From contig CBDBHB010000009.1 of the NCBI GenBank assembly GCA_965205505.1, positions 1,216,001 to 1,280,000 of the forward strand: a stretch of DNA of 64,000 nt, in the 5' to 3' direction. This DNA is from Acidobacteriota bacterium. GTDB lineage: Bacteria > Acidobacteriota > UBA890 > WLXD01. Of this stretch, positions 29,277 to 39,689 are shown one piece after another. Within the stretch, counting starts at the first letter, position 1. Every line of letters begins with the position of its first letter. Position numbers and translations under genes: made by a program. The notes beneath the pieces were generated by a model. It saw only the letters and a program-made list of their open reading frames with translations. It had not been told where the DNA came from and made no database searches.

Positions 29277-30157
29277 GCCCAGCTCGACGGCGCGAGGCGG
29301 TGGCGCATGTACAGGGGCGGCTGGGCGTCTCCGAGAGGCGGGCGTGCCGGGTACTGAAACAACCACGCACGACACACAGGTACATGCCAAGAGAACCGGG
29401 CGATGAGCAGATGTTGACGGAGCGGATCGTGGATCTAGCCCGACAATACGGGCGCTACGGGTATCGGCGAGTGACGGCGTTGTTGCGTATGGAGGGCTGG
29501 TGGGTGAACCACAAACGAGTGCAGCGTATCTGGAGGCGTGAGGGGCTGAAAGTACCGACAAAGCAGCCCAAACGAGCCCGGCTGTGGCTCAGCGATGGCT
29601 CGTGCATCCGGCTGCGACCACAGCGCAAAGATCACGTCTGGGCGTATGACTTCGTTCATCACCGGACGCACGAGGGTCGGGCTATGAGGCTGCTGACGAT
29701 CGTCGATGAGTACACACGAGAAAGCCTGGCGATCGACGTGGCACGGAAGCTCAACTGTGAGGACGTGCTCGAGCGGCTCGGGTGGTTGTTCGTGCACCGG
29801 GGCATACCTGAGCACATCCGGTCCGATAACGGACCGGAGTTCACCGCCGAGGCGGTTCGCGACTGGCTCGGTAGGCTCGGTGTGGGCACGCTGTTCATCG
29901 AGCCGGGCTCGCCGTGGGAGAACGGCTACGTGGAGAGCTTCAACGGCAAGCTCCGAGACGAGCTGCTCAACGGCGAGATCTTCTACACGCTCAAGGAGGC
30001 AAAGGTTCTGATCGAGAGATGGAGGCAGCAGTACAACCGCATGCGACCGCACAGCTCGTTGGGCTACCGACCACCGGCCCCGGAGGCGCTGTTGTTGAAG
30101 CCGGCTACGCTCCGCTTCGCCGGCCTCAACAACCCCTTGTCAGCACCGAGTTACTGA
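29273..30157 (+). CDS. IS3 transposase OrfB (DDE), via -1 frameshift
   Basis: [35 protein letters not shown]. Confidence 0.95.
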   Translation: MSPARRREAVAHVQGRLGVSERRACRVLKQPRTTHRYMPREPGDEQMLTERIVDLARQYGRYGYRRVTALLRMEGWWVNHKRVQRIWRREGLKVPTKQPKRARLWLSDGSCIRLRPQRKDHVWAYDFVHHRTHEGRAMRLLTIVDEYTRESLAIDVARKLNCEDVLERLGWLFVHRGIPEHIRSDNGPEFTAEAVRDWLGRLGVGTLFIEPGSPWENGYVESFNGKLRDELLNGEIFYTLKEAKVLIERWRQQYNRMRPHSSLGYRPPAPEALLLKPATLRFAGLNNPLSAPSY

Positions 30158-30972
30158 GATAAGACGTGGTACTAACCGTGGGGTCAGGTCACCACCGCGA
30201 TAGGCAGACCGCGTTGTGTGATCGCCGCGGCCAACTCCGAAGCGCCTGCCAGAGTGCCGTCACCGCCGATGGCGAAGAGCACGTCAATCTGGCGTCGCTG
30301 CAACTCGTCGGCGGCGTCGAGTCCGCGGTTGGAGCCCAAGATGGTGCCGCCAAGGGCATGGATGTCATGCCATCGGGGCGGTCATCCGCCAGGCCGGAAG
30401 ATGCGGACAGGCCGGCGTAGCCATAGCGGAACAGAACCCGGCGCACACCGTACACGTGCCACGCGGTGAGCACGATGGCGCGGATGACATCGTTGATCCC
30501 AGGGCACAATCCGCCGCAGGTGACGATGCCAATGCTCGTGTTCGGCGGGTCGAAGAAGAGCCGGGCCCGCGGTCCCGCGGCTTCAAACGCCGGCACTGGG
30601 CCCACGACGTCGGCCAGTGTCTGGGTGTCGGATGGGATCAGGACGCCGAGCTCGTCGGCCACCAGCACGACGTCCCGGGACGCCAGCGGTGACCCTCGCC
30701 GAGGCGTTCCAAGGCGCCGAATACGGAGTTGATCTGGCGTCGGCAGTATTGGCAACGGAGGTTCGCCTCGCTTGGTCGGCACGCCATGACTGTAGCCGCG
30801 GACCGCGCCGGCTGCCAGCAAGCCGTGGTGCTGACGATTGGCGCGGCCCGGGGCGCCGCCAGGCTGGGCAGAGCGCCGTTCGGTGTTCATGCGACGAACG
30901 GCCTTGCGATTAGGTGAATGGCTGCTCAATAATTGAATGAACACTCATTCATAACTACGGAAATGAACGCTC

Positions 30973-31635
30973 ATGTCAGAAAGTGTCTCGTCCCCTGCGG
31001 CCGGGCCGGGCGCGGACCGCGGATCCCCCGCCAGCACGGATCGAACTCGCCGACGCCGCGAGCGCATTCTCGATGCTGCCACCGAGGAGATCGCGGCGGT
31101 CGGCTACCAGCGCGCCACCGTACGGGCGATCGCCCGACGCGCCGGAGTGGCAGACGGGACTATCTACAACTACTTCAGCGACAAGAGCGACCTGTTGCTC
31201 GGCCTTCTCGCTCGCCTGACCGAGGCCGAGCGCCGCAAGGTCGACTTGGGTCAGAAGCCGGCGTCGAGTTTTCGCGTCCTGCTGGGCGCCTATCTTCGGC
31301 ATCGGCTCGATATCCTCTGGCAGCGGCTCGAGCTGCTCCGCGCGACGTGGCCGGAGTTGCTGATAGACCCGGAGCATCGACGCGGCTACTACGAGCAAGT
31401 GCTGCGGCCGGCGACCGCCCTGGGCGAGACTCTGCTCGCCGATCTGGCGGCACGCGGTAGCGTACAGACGGCGGACCCAGCGCTCGCTGCTAGAGTGATA
31501 ACGGCAAGCATCCTCGGGCTCATCTTGCAGCGACTGCTTGGCGACGAAACGGTCGATGAGCGGCGCGACGAGCTCCCAGAGATTCTCACCACGATCTTGC
31601 TCGACGGGCTGCGGCCACGCGACGGCGCCCCCTGA
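30973..31635 (+). CDS. TetR/AcrR family regulator
   Basis: ATVRAIARRAGVADGTIYNYFSDK. Confidence 0.93.
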   Translation: MSESVSSPAAGPGADRGSPASTDRTRRRRERILDAATEEIAAVGYQRATVRAIARRAGVADGTIYNYFSDKSDLLLGLLARLTEAERRKVDLGQKPASSFRVLLGAYLRHRLDILWQRLELLRATWPELLIDPEHRRGYYEQVLRPATALGETLLADLAARGSVQTADPALAARVITASILGLILQRLLGDETVDERRDELPEILTTILLDGLRPRDGAP

Positions 31636-31663
31636 GGTCGTGTGCGCGGCGGCCGCCTCGCGG

Positions 31664-32017
31664 CTACTGCAGCGGCTCGAGATCGCCCAGCAAGGTGGGA
31701 ATCAGCTCTGAAACGGTCTCTACGTTTGTGGTGGAGCGCTGGACGATGCGGTCCTTCCTTGCTTTGACGGCGCCCATGTTGACCGCGATCGAGCCGTCGA
31801 TCTCGACACCGTATTCAGCTGCTCGCCGTGCGACACGTGCGGTCCGGGCGCTTGCCACGAGTGCCTTGGTCGGCGTGCATCCCTCGTTCACGCAGGTGCC
31901 GCCGAACCGATCGCGCTCGACGATCGCTACCTTCCAGCCTTCGCCGGCCAAACGAGCCGCCAGCGAGGGACCAGCCTGTCCGGTGCCGATGATGAGGGCG
32001 TCGTAGCTTTCCGTCAT
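31664..32017 (-). pseudogene. Pyridine nucleotide-disulfide oxidoreductase (MerA/Lpd-like) with a large in-frame internal deletion
   Basis: IGTGQAG and GGTCVNEGCTPTK fused directly to the family C-terminus TVSELIPTLLGDLEPL. Confidence 0.88.
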
Positions 32018-32031
32018 TGGCTTTGTTTCCT

Positions 32032-32155
32032 CTAGCAGGGTGCTGAAGAACTCTGGTGGGTCTGGCGCGTGGGTCTTGCTGGCGAGATCAAGGAAGAGTG
32101 ACGATGGCGATGCTGAGCGTATCGCAGAGGAGGGCCGACGCCGGAGGTGGCCAGT
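32032..32155. repeat. Partial type B MITE
   Basis: First ~80 bp nearly identical to 27900-27980, then a deletion derivative. Confidence 0.85.
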
Positions 32156-32311
32156 GTAGACGGCGTCGCTGACAATTCTTTACGGTAGCTTCCGCGCATC
32201 GGTCGTGCGGCCGCCGCCGGCAGCAGCGAAGATGTGTAGGTGTCTTTGGTGACAGGTGGCGGCGGCTCAATGCCTCCGCATCGCCAGGGCATTCTGTTGA
32301 CAGGCGGAGGT

Positions 32312-33631
32312 ATGGCGTTGAGGCATGTAGCTGTTGGCGTTTTGTTGTGCGCGATCGCGATCGTCAGCCCGGTGGGGTCTGCTGCGCCCCAGAGCCAAAG
32401 CCAATGGCCGGTGTGGCGTGGCCCGATGATGTCGGGCGTTTCACCGGACGGTGATCCCCCGTTGGAGTGGAGCGAAGCGAACAACGTTGCCTGGAAGATC
32501 GCCATTCCGGGTCGTGGCTCCGGCACCCCCGTGGTGTGGGAGGATCGCGTTTACGTTCTCACTGCCGTGGGCGAGCCCGACACCTCCGTCGCTGCCGACC
32601 GGGCGCGCCGCGGAGTACCGAACCCCACCGCGGCGTTGCGTTTCACCGTCATGGCGATCAACCGCGCCGACGGTTCGGTAGCCTGGGAGCGCACGGCGCG
32701 CGAGGAGCGCCCGCACGAGGCGCGGCAGGTCAACAACTCCTTCGCGTCGGCCTCCGCAATGACCGACGGCGAGCACGTGTGGGCGTATTTCGGCTCGCGT
32801 GGCATCTACTGCTACGACATGAACGGTAACCTCGTCTGGGAGAAGGATCTGGGCGACATGTCCACCCGCCGCGAGTTCGGCGAGGGGAGCTCGCCGGCGC
32901 TGCACGGCGATGCGCTGGTGATCACCTGGGACCACGAGGGGCCATCGTACATCGTGGCGCTCGACAAGCGTACCGGTGAGGAGATCTGGCGCACCGCCCG
33001 CGACGAGATCACCACCTGGAGCACACCGCTCGTGCTGGAGCATGCCGGACGCACACAGGTGATCACGGCCGGTACGAATCGCGTGCGCAGCTACGATTTC
33101 TCCAACGGTGAGCTGATCTGGGACGGCCCGGGCCTGACGCTGAACTCGATTCCCTCGCCGGTATTCGCCGACGGCGTGGTCTACCTGATGGCCGGATTCC
33201 GCGGCAGCGCGCTACGGGCCGTGCGCCTCGATTCGGCCGTGGGCGATATTGGCGATACCGACGCGACGGCCTGGCAGGCCGATCGCGACACACCCTACGT
33301 TCCCTCACCGTTGCTGTACGAGGATGCGCTGTACGTCCTCAAGAGCAACGATCCGATCCTGACGGTGTACACGGCCAGCACCGGCGAGCGCCGCTATGGC
33401 CCACAGCGATTGGCGGGGCTGCGCGAGGTCTATGCCTCGCCCGTGGGGGCGGCCGGCCGCGTGTATCTCGTCGGCCGTGATGGCGGAGGCCTCGTGCTCG
33501 AGAACGGGCCGGAGTTCAAGGTGCTGGCGCAGAACAGCCTGGACGACGGGTTCGACGGCTCCCCGGCGATTGTCGGTGGCGAGATGTACCTGCGAGGCGG
33601 ACGCTATCTTTACCGCATCTCGTCGAACTGA
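32312..33631 (+). CDS. Secreted PQQ-like beta-propeller repeat protein
   Basis: WPVWRGP, repeated GxxxW/SSP motifs, signal peptide. Confidence 0.9.
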   Translation: MALRHVAVGVLLCAIAIVSPVGSAAPQSQSQWPVWRGPMMSGVSPDGDPPLEWSEANNVAWKIAIPGRGSGTPVVWEDRVYVLTAVGEPDTSVAADRARRGVPNPTAALRFTVMAINRADGSVAWERTAREERPHEARQVNNSFASASAMTDGEHVWAYFGSRGIYCYDMNGNLVWEKDLGDMSTRREFGEGSSPALHGDALVITWDHEGPSYIVALDKRTGEEIWRTARDEITTWSTPLVLEHAGRTQVITAGTNRVRSYDFSNGELIWDGPGLTLNSIPSPVFADGVVYLMAGFRGSALRAVRLDSAVGDIGDTDATAWQADRDTPYVPSPLLYEDALYVLKSNDPILTVYTASTGERRYGPQRLAGLREVYASPVGAAGRVYLVGRDGGGLVLENGPEFKVLAQNSLDDGFDGSPAIVGGEMYLRGGRYLYRISSN

Positions 33632-33691
33632 TACGTCGGCCTGCTAGCCAAGGTTCGCTGAGTCTGCGATGCTGCTGGGCGGTGCCGCTCC

Positions 33692-36154
33692 GTGTCTCGA
33701 CAGTGCGGTGCCGTGTGGCGCACTCTCCGCGCTCGGTCGCATGGGAAAGCTTTGGCCGCCGACAGCAGGGCTGATTTGGATCCACGGGTAAGCCCCGACC
33801 GGAAGCCCGGCGCCAACTTCGTCCGCACGATCGTGCGCGATGACCTCGCCGCCGGCAAGTACGACGGCATCGTCACCCGGTTTCCTCCCGAGCCCAACGG
33901 GTTCCTTCATATCGGGCACGCCAAGGCGATCTGCGTCGACTTCGGCATTGCGGCGGAGTTTGGCGGGCACTGCAACCTGCGCTTCGACGACACCAACCCG
34001 GCCACTGAAGACCCGCGCTACGTCGAGGCGATCAAGGCCGACGTGCGGTGGCTCGGGTTCGACTGGGGCGAGCAGGAGTACTACGCCTCCGACTACTTCG
34101 AGCGTCTGTACGAATGGGCGGTCGAGCTGATCCGTAAGGGCAAGGCCTACGTCGACGACCAGACCGAAGAAGAGATCCGTACGTATCGCGGCACGGTGAC
34201 CGACCCCGGGCGTGAGAGCCCGTATCGCGATCGCTCCGTAGAAGAAAACCTCGATCTGTTCGCGCGCATGCGTGCCGGTGAGTTCCCCGACGGTGCCAAG
34301 GTGCTGCGCGCTCGCGTCGACATGGCCCACCCGAACATGAAGCTGCGTGATCCGCTGATGTATCGGATACGTCACGCGCACCACTACCGGAGGGGCGACG
34401 AGTGGTGCATCTACCCGTTCTATGACTGGGCGCATGGCCAGTCCGATGCCATCGAGGGGGTCACGCACTCGCTGTGCACGCTCGAGTTCGTGAACAATCG
34501 CGAGCTCTATGACTGGTACATCGACAGCCTCGACCTGGGGTCGGCAAGGCCCTACCAGTTCGAGTTCTCGCGTCTCAATGTCGACTACACGATCACCAGC
34601 AAGCGCAGGTTGCTGCAGCTGGTCGAAGGCGGCCACGTCGATGGTTGGGACGACCCGCGCATGCCGACGATTGCCGGGTTGCGGCGCCGCGGTGTGACGC
34701 CGGCGGCGATTCGCAACTTCTGCGACCTGGTTGGTGTGGCCAAGACCGAGGGCCGCGTCGACATCGCCATGCTCGAGTACGCCATCCGCGATGATCTGAA
34801 CCTCGAGGCCCCGCGGATGATGTGCGTGCTACGGCCGCTGAAGGTGGTAGTCACCAACTGGCCGGCCGGCAAGGTGGAACAGATCGATGCTCCGCTCTGG
34901 CCCCACGACGTGCCGAAGGACGGGTCGCGGCCGGTGCCGTTCGGCGGCGAGCTGTACATCGAGCGCGAGGACTTCATGGAGCAGCCGCCGCCGAAGTTCT
35001 TCCGCTTGGCTCCGGGGCGCGAGGTGAGGCTCAGGTACGGTTACGTAATCCGCTGTGACGACGTCGTCAAGGACGATTCTGGCGAAGTCGTGGAGCTACG
35101 CTGTAGCTACGACCCCGAGACCAGCGGCGGCTCGACACCAGATGGACGGCGGGTCAAGGGGACGGTTCATTGGGTTTCGGCGGAGCACGCGGTCGCTGTC
35201 TCCGTGCGGCTCTATGACCGGCTCTTCGCCGTCGCCGACCCCGGACGAGACGGAGACCTGATCGCTGATCTGAACCCCGACTCGCTCGAGGTGCTCGAGG
35301 GAGCCCTGGCAGAGCCCACCGTGGCCCAGACCCTGCCGGGTACCCATGTGCAGTTCGAGCGTCAAGGCTACTTCTTCAGCGACCCGGTCGATTCGGCGCC
35401 AGGTGCGCCGATCTTCAACCGCGTTGTTGCCTTGCGTGACTCGTGGACGAAAGCTCTGACGGCGAACGCGCCGACGGGACGCGTCGATGCACCCCGTGGC
35501 ACAGCGGGTTCCGGTGAGCCAGCCTCAGCGACCGGTACGGACGGCGACCGCGAGGTGCGCAAGCGTCGCAAGCGCACGCCGGCCGAAGCGCGCGCGGCGG
35601 CTCGCGATTCCGATGCGGATCTGGCGTCGCGCTATGAGCGCTATCGCGCCGAGCTCGGCCTGAGCGGCGCCGACGCCGATGTGCTCACCGGGAATCCTGC
35701 GCTGGCGGATTTCTTCGAGGCTGCGGTCGCTGCGCCGGCCGATGCCGCAGCCACGTCGAAGTGGATCGTCAACGAAGTGCTACCGGCCACCAAAGAGCGT
35801 CGCCTCGAAGACCTGCTCTTTGATGGAGGCACGCTCGGTACCTTGGTGGCGATGGTCGAGACAGGCGAGATTACCGCCCGGGTCGGCCGCCGGGTGTTCG
35901 AGCTGCTGGTTGACGAGGGCGGCGACCCGCACGCTCTCGTGCGACAGCACGGTCTGGACGCCAGCGTCGACGAAGCGGCGCTCGCCGAGGTCGTCGACCG
36001 CGTGGTCACCGACAACCCCGACAAGGCCGGCGAGTATCGAGCCGGGCGTGAAGCGTTGATGGGGTTCTTCATGGGCCGGGTGATGGCTGAGGTGGGCGCC
36101 GGTGCCGATGGTGGCGCCGTCCAGCGGCTGCTGCGCGAGCGCCTCTCTGGCTGA
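33692..36154 (+). CDS. glnS: Glutamine--tRNA ligase with a C-terminal GatB/Yqey domain (start uncertain)
   Basis: [32 protein letters not shown]; tail [11 protein letters not shown]. Confidence 0.95.
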   Translation: MSRQCGAVWRTLRARSHGKALAADSRADLDPRVSPDRKPGANFVRTIVRDDLAAGKYDGIVTRFPPEPNGFLHIGHAKAICVDFGIAAEFGGHCNLRFDDTNPATEDPRYVEAIKADVRWLGFDWGEQEYYASDYFERLYEWAVELIRKGKAYVDDQTEEEIRTYRGTVTDPGRESPYRDRSVEENLDLFARMRAGEFPDGAKVLRARVDMAHPNMKLRDPLMYRIRHAHHYRRGDEWCIYPFYDWAHGQSDAIEGVTHSLCTLEFVNNRELYDWYIDSLDLGSARPYQFEFSRLNVDYTITSKRRLLQLVEGGHVDGWDDPRMPTIAGLRRRGVTPAAIRNFCDLVGVAKTEGRVDIAMLEYAIRDDLNLEAPRMMCVLRPLKVVVTNWPAGKVEQIDAPLWPHDVPKDGSRPVPFGGELYIEREDFMEQPPPKFFRLAPGREVRLRYGYVIRCDDVVKDDSGEVVELRCSYDPETSGGSTPDGRRVKGTVHWVSAEHAVAVSVRLYDRLFAVADPGRDGDLIADLNPDSLEVLEGALAEPTVAQTLPGTHVQFERQGYFFSDPVDSAPGAPIFNRVVALRDSWTKALTANAPTGRVDAPRGTAGSGEPASATGTDGDREVRKRRKRTPAEARAAARDSDADLASRYERYRAELGLSGADADVLTGNPALADFFEAAVAAPADAAATSKWIVNEVLPATKERRLEDLLFDGGTLGTLVAMVETGEITARVGRRVFELLVDEGGDPHALVRQHGLDASVDEAALAEVVDRVVTDNPDKAGEYRAGREALMGFFMGRVMAEVGAGADGGAVQRLLRERLSG

Positions 36155-36305
36155 CCGGTCACACTTCCGCCACGGCCCGCTAGTGTGGCGCACGGAACCT
36201 CGGGGCGGCGCGCCGGCGCGAGACAATCTGCGTCGTGCGTCGGGTACGATACGAGCTCCTTGCGATCCCAGGGGTGCCCAGGGACCGCTCGAACAGGAGT
36301 GGGTG

Positions 36306-36677
36306 ATGGCAAGCGAGGTGTCCAAGTTCCGCTGGGAAGACATGCCGAAAGAGAAGGTGACCGACTTGATCGACCGTCGGTTGGTCACCTGCGAGCGCAT
36401 GATGCTGGCGCACGTGTATATCAAGAAGGGTGGCATCGTGCCGATGCACTCCCACGACAACGAGCAGCTCACCTACGTGCTCGATGGTGTCCTGCGCTTC
36501 TGGGTCGGTAGCGAGGACGCCGAGCCCATTGATGTGCACGCCGGCGAGGTGCTCACCCTGCCATCGAACGTTCCTCACAAGGCCGAGGCGTTGGAAGACA
36601 CGCTCGACGTCGACGTGTTCTCACCGCCGCGTCAGGACTGGCTCGACGGCACCGACAGCTATTTCCGCGAGGGCTGA
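36306..36677 (+). CDS. Cupin domain protein
   Basis: HSHDNEQ, PSNVPH, DVFSPPRQDW. Confidence 0.9.
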   Translation: MASEVSKFRWEDMPKEKVTDLIDRRLVTCERMMLAHVYIKKGGIVPMHSHDNEQLTYVLDGVLRFWVGSEDAEPIDVHAGEVLTLPSNVPHKAEALEDTLDVDVFSPPRQDWLDGTDSYFREG

Positions 36678-36680
36678 CGC

Positions 36681-37469
36681 ATGGATCTCGGCCTTGGGGG
36701 CAAGGTGGCCTTGGTTGCCGCGGCGAGCAAGGGACTGGGCCGCGCCGTCGCCGAGGAGCTGGCGGCCGAAGGCTGCAAGCTGGTTATCTGCGCCCGTGGT
36801 GAGGAGGCCCTCGAGGCGGCGCGGGCGTCGCTGGCCGCAGTCGGGACCGAGGTGACGGCGGTGCCGGCTGACGTGAGCCGCGCCACGGATGTCGACGCGG
36901 TGGTGGCGGCTGCCCACGTGGCTCACGGGCAGGTAGACGTGCTGGTGACCAACTCGGGTGGCCCTCCCGCCGGACCGTTCGAGGCACATTCGCGGCAGGT
37001 CTGGAGCGACGCCGTTCTGGGTATGCTCGATAGCGTCCTCAACTTCAGCCGCGCGGTGTTGCCTGGCATGAAGTCACAGGGCTGGGGCCGCATTATCAAC
37101 ATCACTTCCATCGCCGTGAAGCAGCCGGTCGACGGGCTGATCTTGTCGAACTCGATCCGTGCGGCGGTCACCGGATTCGCGCGCACGCTCGCCAACGAGG
37201 TTGCAGCCTCGGGCGTGACGGTGAACAACGTCATGCCAGGATTCACCTGGACCGAGCGCGTCGAGGAGTTGGCCAGGCGTCAGGCCGAGACGACGGGCGG
37301 TAGCCGAGACGAGATCGTTGCCGCCTGGGAGGAGGCGATACCCATGGGGAGGCTGGCGAAACCGCGCGAGTTCGCTGCGATGGTGGCGTTTCTTGCGTCG
37401 GAGCGCGCCAGCTATATCACTGGCGCGTCGATCGCCGTCGACGGCGGCTGGATCCGCAGCCTCATCTAG
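36681..37469 (+). CDS. SDR family oxidoreductase
   Basis: AASKGLG, NSGGP, VDGG. Confidence 0.93.
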   Translation: MDLGLGGKVALVAAASKGLGRAVAEELAAEGCKLVICARGEEALEAARASLAAVGTEVTAVPADVSRATDVDAVVAAAHVAHGQVDVLVTNSGGPPAGPFEAHSRQVWSDAVLGMLDSVLNFSRAVLPGMKSQGWGRIINITSIAVKQPVDGLILSNSIRAAVTGFARTLANEVAASGVTVNNVMPGFTWTERVEELARRQAETTGGSRDEIVAAWEEAIPMGRLAKPREFAAMVAFLASERASYITGASIAVDGGWIRSLI

Positions 37470-37744
37470 TGCTCCTGATCATAAGTACGGTGACGTTTGT
37501 GGCGCGCGCGAGCGGGGCGAATTGTAGGAGCGGCGACGAGGGCGATGCTGGGTGTATCGTCGAGGCGCCGCGACGCCCAAGGTGGCCGGTCCCGCGGCCA
37601 CCCAGAGGGGAGGAGCGATATGCGGGCGATCTCGGCGTCAGGGCTCGTCGAGGATGGCTAAGGCATCGCCTTCCTCACCCTTCCTTGATCTCGCCCGCAT
37701 CTCGCTCCTGCAAACGTCACCGTACTTATGATCAGGAGCACTAG
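37466..37744. mobile_element. MITE-like element, type C (different TIR, same internal fold)
   Basis: 34-bp perfect TIR ctagtgctcctgatcataagtacggtgacgtttg; CTAG at both ends. Confidence 0.9.
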
Positions 37745-38019
37745 CAGGCCGTGGTGAAAGTGTGGTGGGTCTGGTTACGGCGAGTTGGGGCCAGATGGAA
37801 GGCGGCCTGACACAGGCGATGCCCTAGCCATCGTCGAGGAAGGCCAACGCTGCAGATGGCCCCAAATCGCCGTAACCCTTCGGGCGACAGGGGGTTGCGC
37901 GCGTATGCTGCGTCGTTCCTCGTCAACGATGCGGTAACCATCGCCTCCTCCTCTCTCCTTGCCTCCACTTCGCAAGACCCTGTCGCCAGACCCACCACAC
38001 TTTCACCACGGCCTGCTAG
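37741..38019. mobile_element. MITE-like element, type A, sharing its CTAG with the type C copy
   Basis: Homologous to 9370-9649. Confidence 0.92.
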
Positions 38020-38390
38020 TGCTTCTTGCGCAGCGGCCGAGCATCTTGGGCGCGCAAAGCTATGAGGGCGCCCGCCAGTACCAGCATCCGTGCCGCAGTC
38101 TCGGGACCGCCGATGCCCGTGGACAGGTGCGTGTAGATGGCGCCCACCATCACAGTCGCGATCATCAGTGCGCCGTAGGCGGCGAGCGAGGGGACCATCA
38201 CGATCAACGCCCCGGTGGTCTCGATCACGCCGACGACCCGTGCGAAGCCGCCACTGTAGCCCCAGCCCTCGAATCGCTCGATCAACGCCGGCGAGGGGTT
38301 GAGCTTGCCGAGTCCGGTTTGGATGAAGAACAGCGCCAGCAGCATCGCCACTGCCCAGGCGGCGACGACACGGACACGGATGCTCGGCAT
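38016..38390 (-). CDS. DoxX family membrane protein
   Basis: GLGKL, FEGWGY, VGVIE, MVGAIYTH. Confidence 0.88.
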   Translation of the reverse strand: MPSIRVRVVAAWAVAMLLALFFIQTGLGKLNPSPALIERFEGWGYSGGFARVVGVIETTGALIVMVPSLAAYGALMIATVMVGAIYTHLSTGIGGPETAARMLVLAGALIALRAQDARPLRKKH

Positions 38391-38489
38391 AGGAGTCCTC
38401 GATGCGCCGAATGGGCGGCATGCGGGGGGTGGCCAGCATGCCCTCGGATTGATTCGATCCTCCTGTTATTGTCCATCGCGACAGGGTTG

Positions 38490-38590
38490 TTTCGATAGCG
38501 CTCGAACCACGCCAGCATGTGCGCCACCTTGGCGAGCAGCTGGGCGGGGGCGCGCCGCGAAGCCATGCGAGGCCTCCGGGAAGGCCTGGT
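38490..38590 (-). pseudogene. C-terminal relic of an S9 (prolyl oligopeptidase-like) peptidase
   Basis: QAFPEASHGFAA then AQLLAKVAHMLAWFERY across a frameshift. Confidence 0.55.
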
Positions 38591-38680
38591 AACCAGATCG
38601 CCAGGCGGGTACAAGTTACTGGCAGACTCCCGATCGCCTGTTATCCATTGCGCCCGCCGGGCGAACGACAAGAGAGTGAC

Positions 38681-39057
38681 ATGAGAGTTCTATTGGCGAC
38701 CGTGTTGACCCTGGCATTCACCCTGGCGCTGTCTACGGTGGCGCCTGCGGCAGCGCTCGGCCAGTCGCCGACTACCGCCGCCGAGGCGATGGCGTACTAC
38801 GAGAGCGACGTCGACGACTGGCTGGATGGCCCGGTGGAGTACCTGATCCTCGACGAGGAGCGCGATGCGTGGAAGGAGCTACGGACCTCCGACCAGCGCG
38901 CCGCCTTCATCACCCGTTTCTGGGAGCGTCGTGACGCCGATCTCCGGCAGCCGGGCAACCCGTTCAAGGACGCATTCTACGAGCGCGTCGCCTACGCCAA
39001 CCGCAGGTACCGGGACACGCCGTTCCGCGGCTGGAGGTCCGACCGTGGCCGCATCGC
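38681..39057 (+). pseudogene. GWxTD-domain protein, 5' part (split by the island)
   Basis: Signal peptide, WLDGPVEYLILDEE, FWERRD, RVAYANRRY, GWRSDRGRI. Confidence 0.9.
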
Positions 39058-39556
39058 TGTGAACGTTAAATCTATGGTGTCAGAATAAACTATTTATTAT
39101 CAGTAAGTTATGAATTTTCCGAAAAGCATGGTGGTCCTTGTGTCACCAGATAGTCACGGTCGACACGGCGTGTCGGGACACCATCGGAGTCATCGAGAAA
39201 GCCCCGTCGGTTTCCAGACAAGGAACGATCACTGACACGAACAGCACCGTGGCTCGAGGGGCGTGCAGTCTGGTAAAGGCTGGATCATGGCACTGCATCG
39301 GCACTGCCGCAGGCGATGGCCATCATCACCATCGCCACCCCTCCTTCGCCCCAGTTCAGTGTGGCGTTTGAATCAGCGGAAGTCGCCGCGCGAGCATCTC
39401 GGCTCTAAGCGTTCCGCAGGCCGCTAGCAAATCCCTGTCCGGGCCGCCTTCGAGCGTCGGGAGTGACGCCTTGCTGCATCGAACCGCTCGCGGCTCTCAC
39501 GGATACTCCTGTCAGACAGCGTGTCGGCCCTATTGCCCCCGGTCCGCGGGTATCGG

Positions 39557-39689
39557 ATCCGCAACACCGAAACAATCCTTTATTTTCAATAACTTACGGC
39601 CTTTCCCATCCGCCACACTGGTATCCTATGTGGCGGATAGGAATCGCTGTAAGTTGTTGATTTCATTGGGTTGTGGCGGTGTGGCGGAT
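39557..39689. other. Palindromic iteron cluster, putative replication origin
   Basis: Imperfect ~130-bp palindrome of ATCCGCCACA/TGTGGCGGAT units at the end of the DUF3631 gene. Confidence 0.65.

Larger units (their letters stand above)
28932..30191 (+). mobile_element. IS3-family insertion sequence (IS-A, IS407-group-like), 1260 bp, 4-bp target duplication CCAC
   Basis: Ends tgacctgacccc / ggggtcaggtca, CCAC on both flanks, orfA and orfB. Confidence 0.95.
28206..30782 (-). pseudogene. pfkA: 6-phosphofructokinase (PfkA family) disrupted by IS3 and small deletions
   Basis: [41 protein letters not shown]; IS inserted in the IAVVG codons. Confidence 0.92.
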
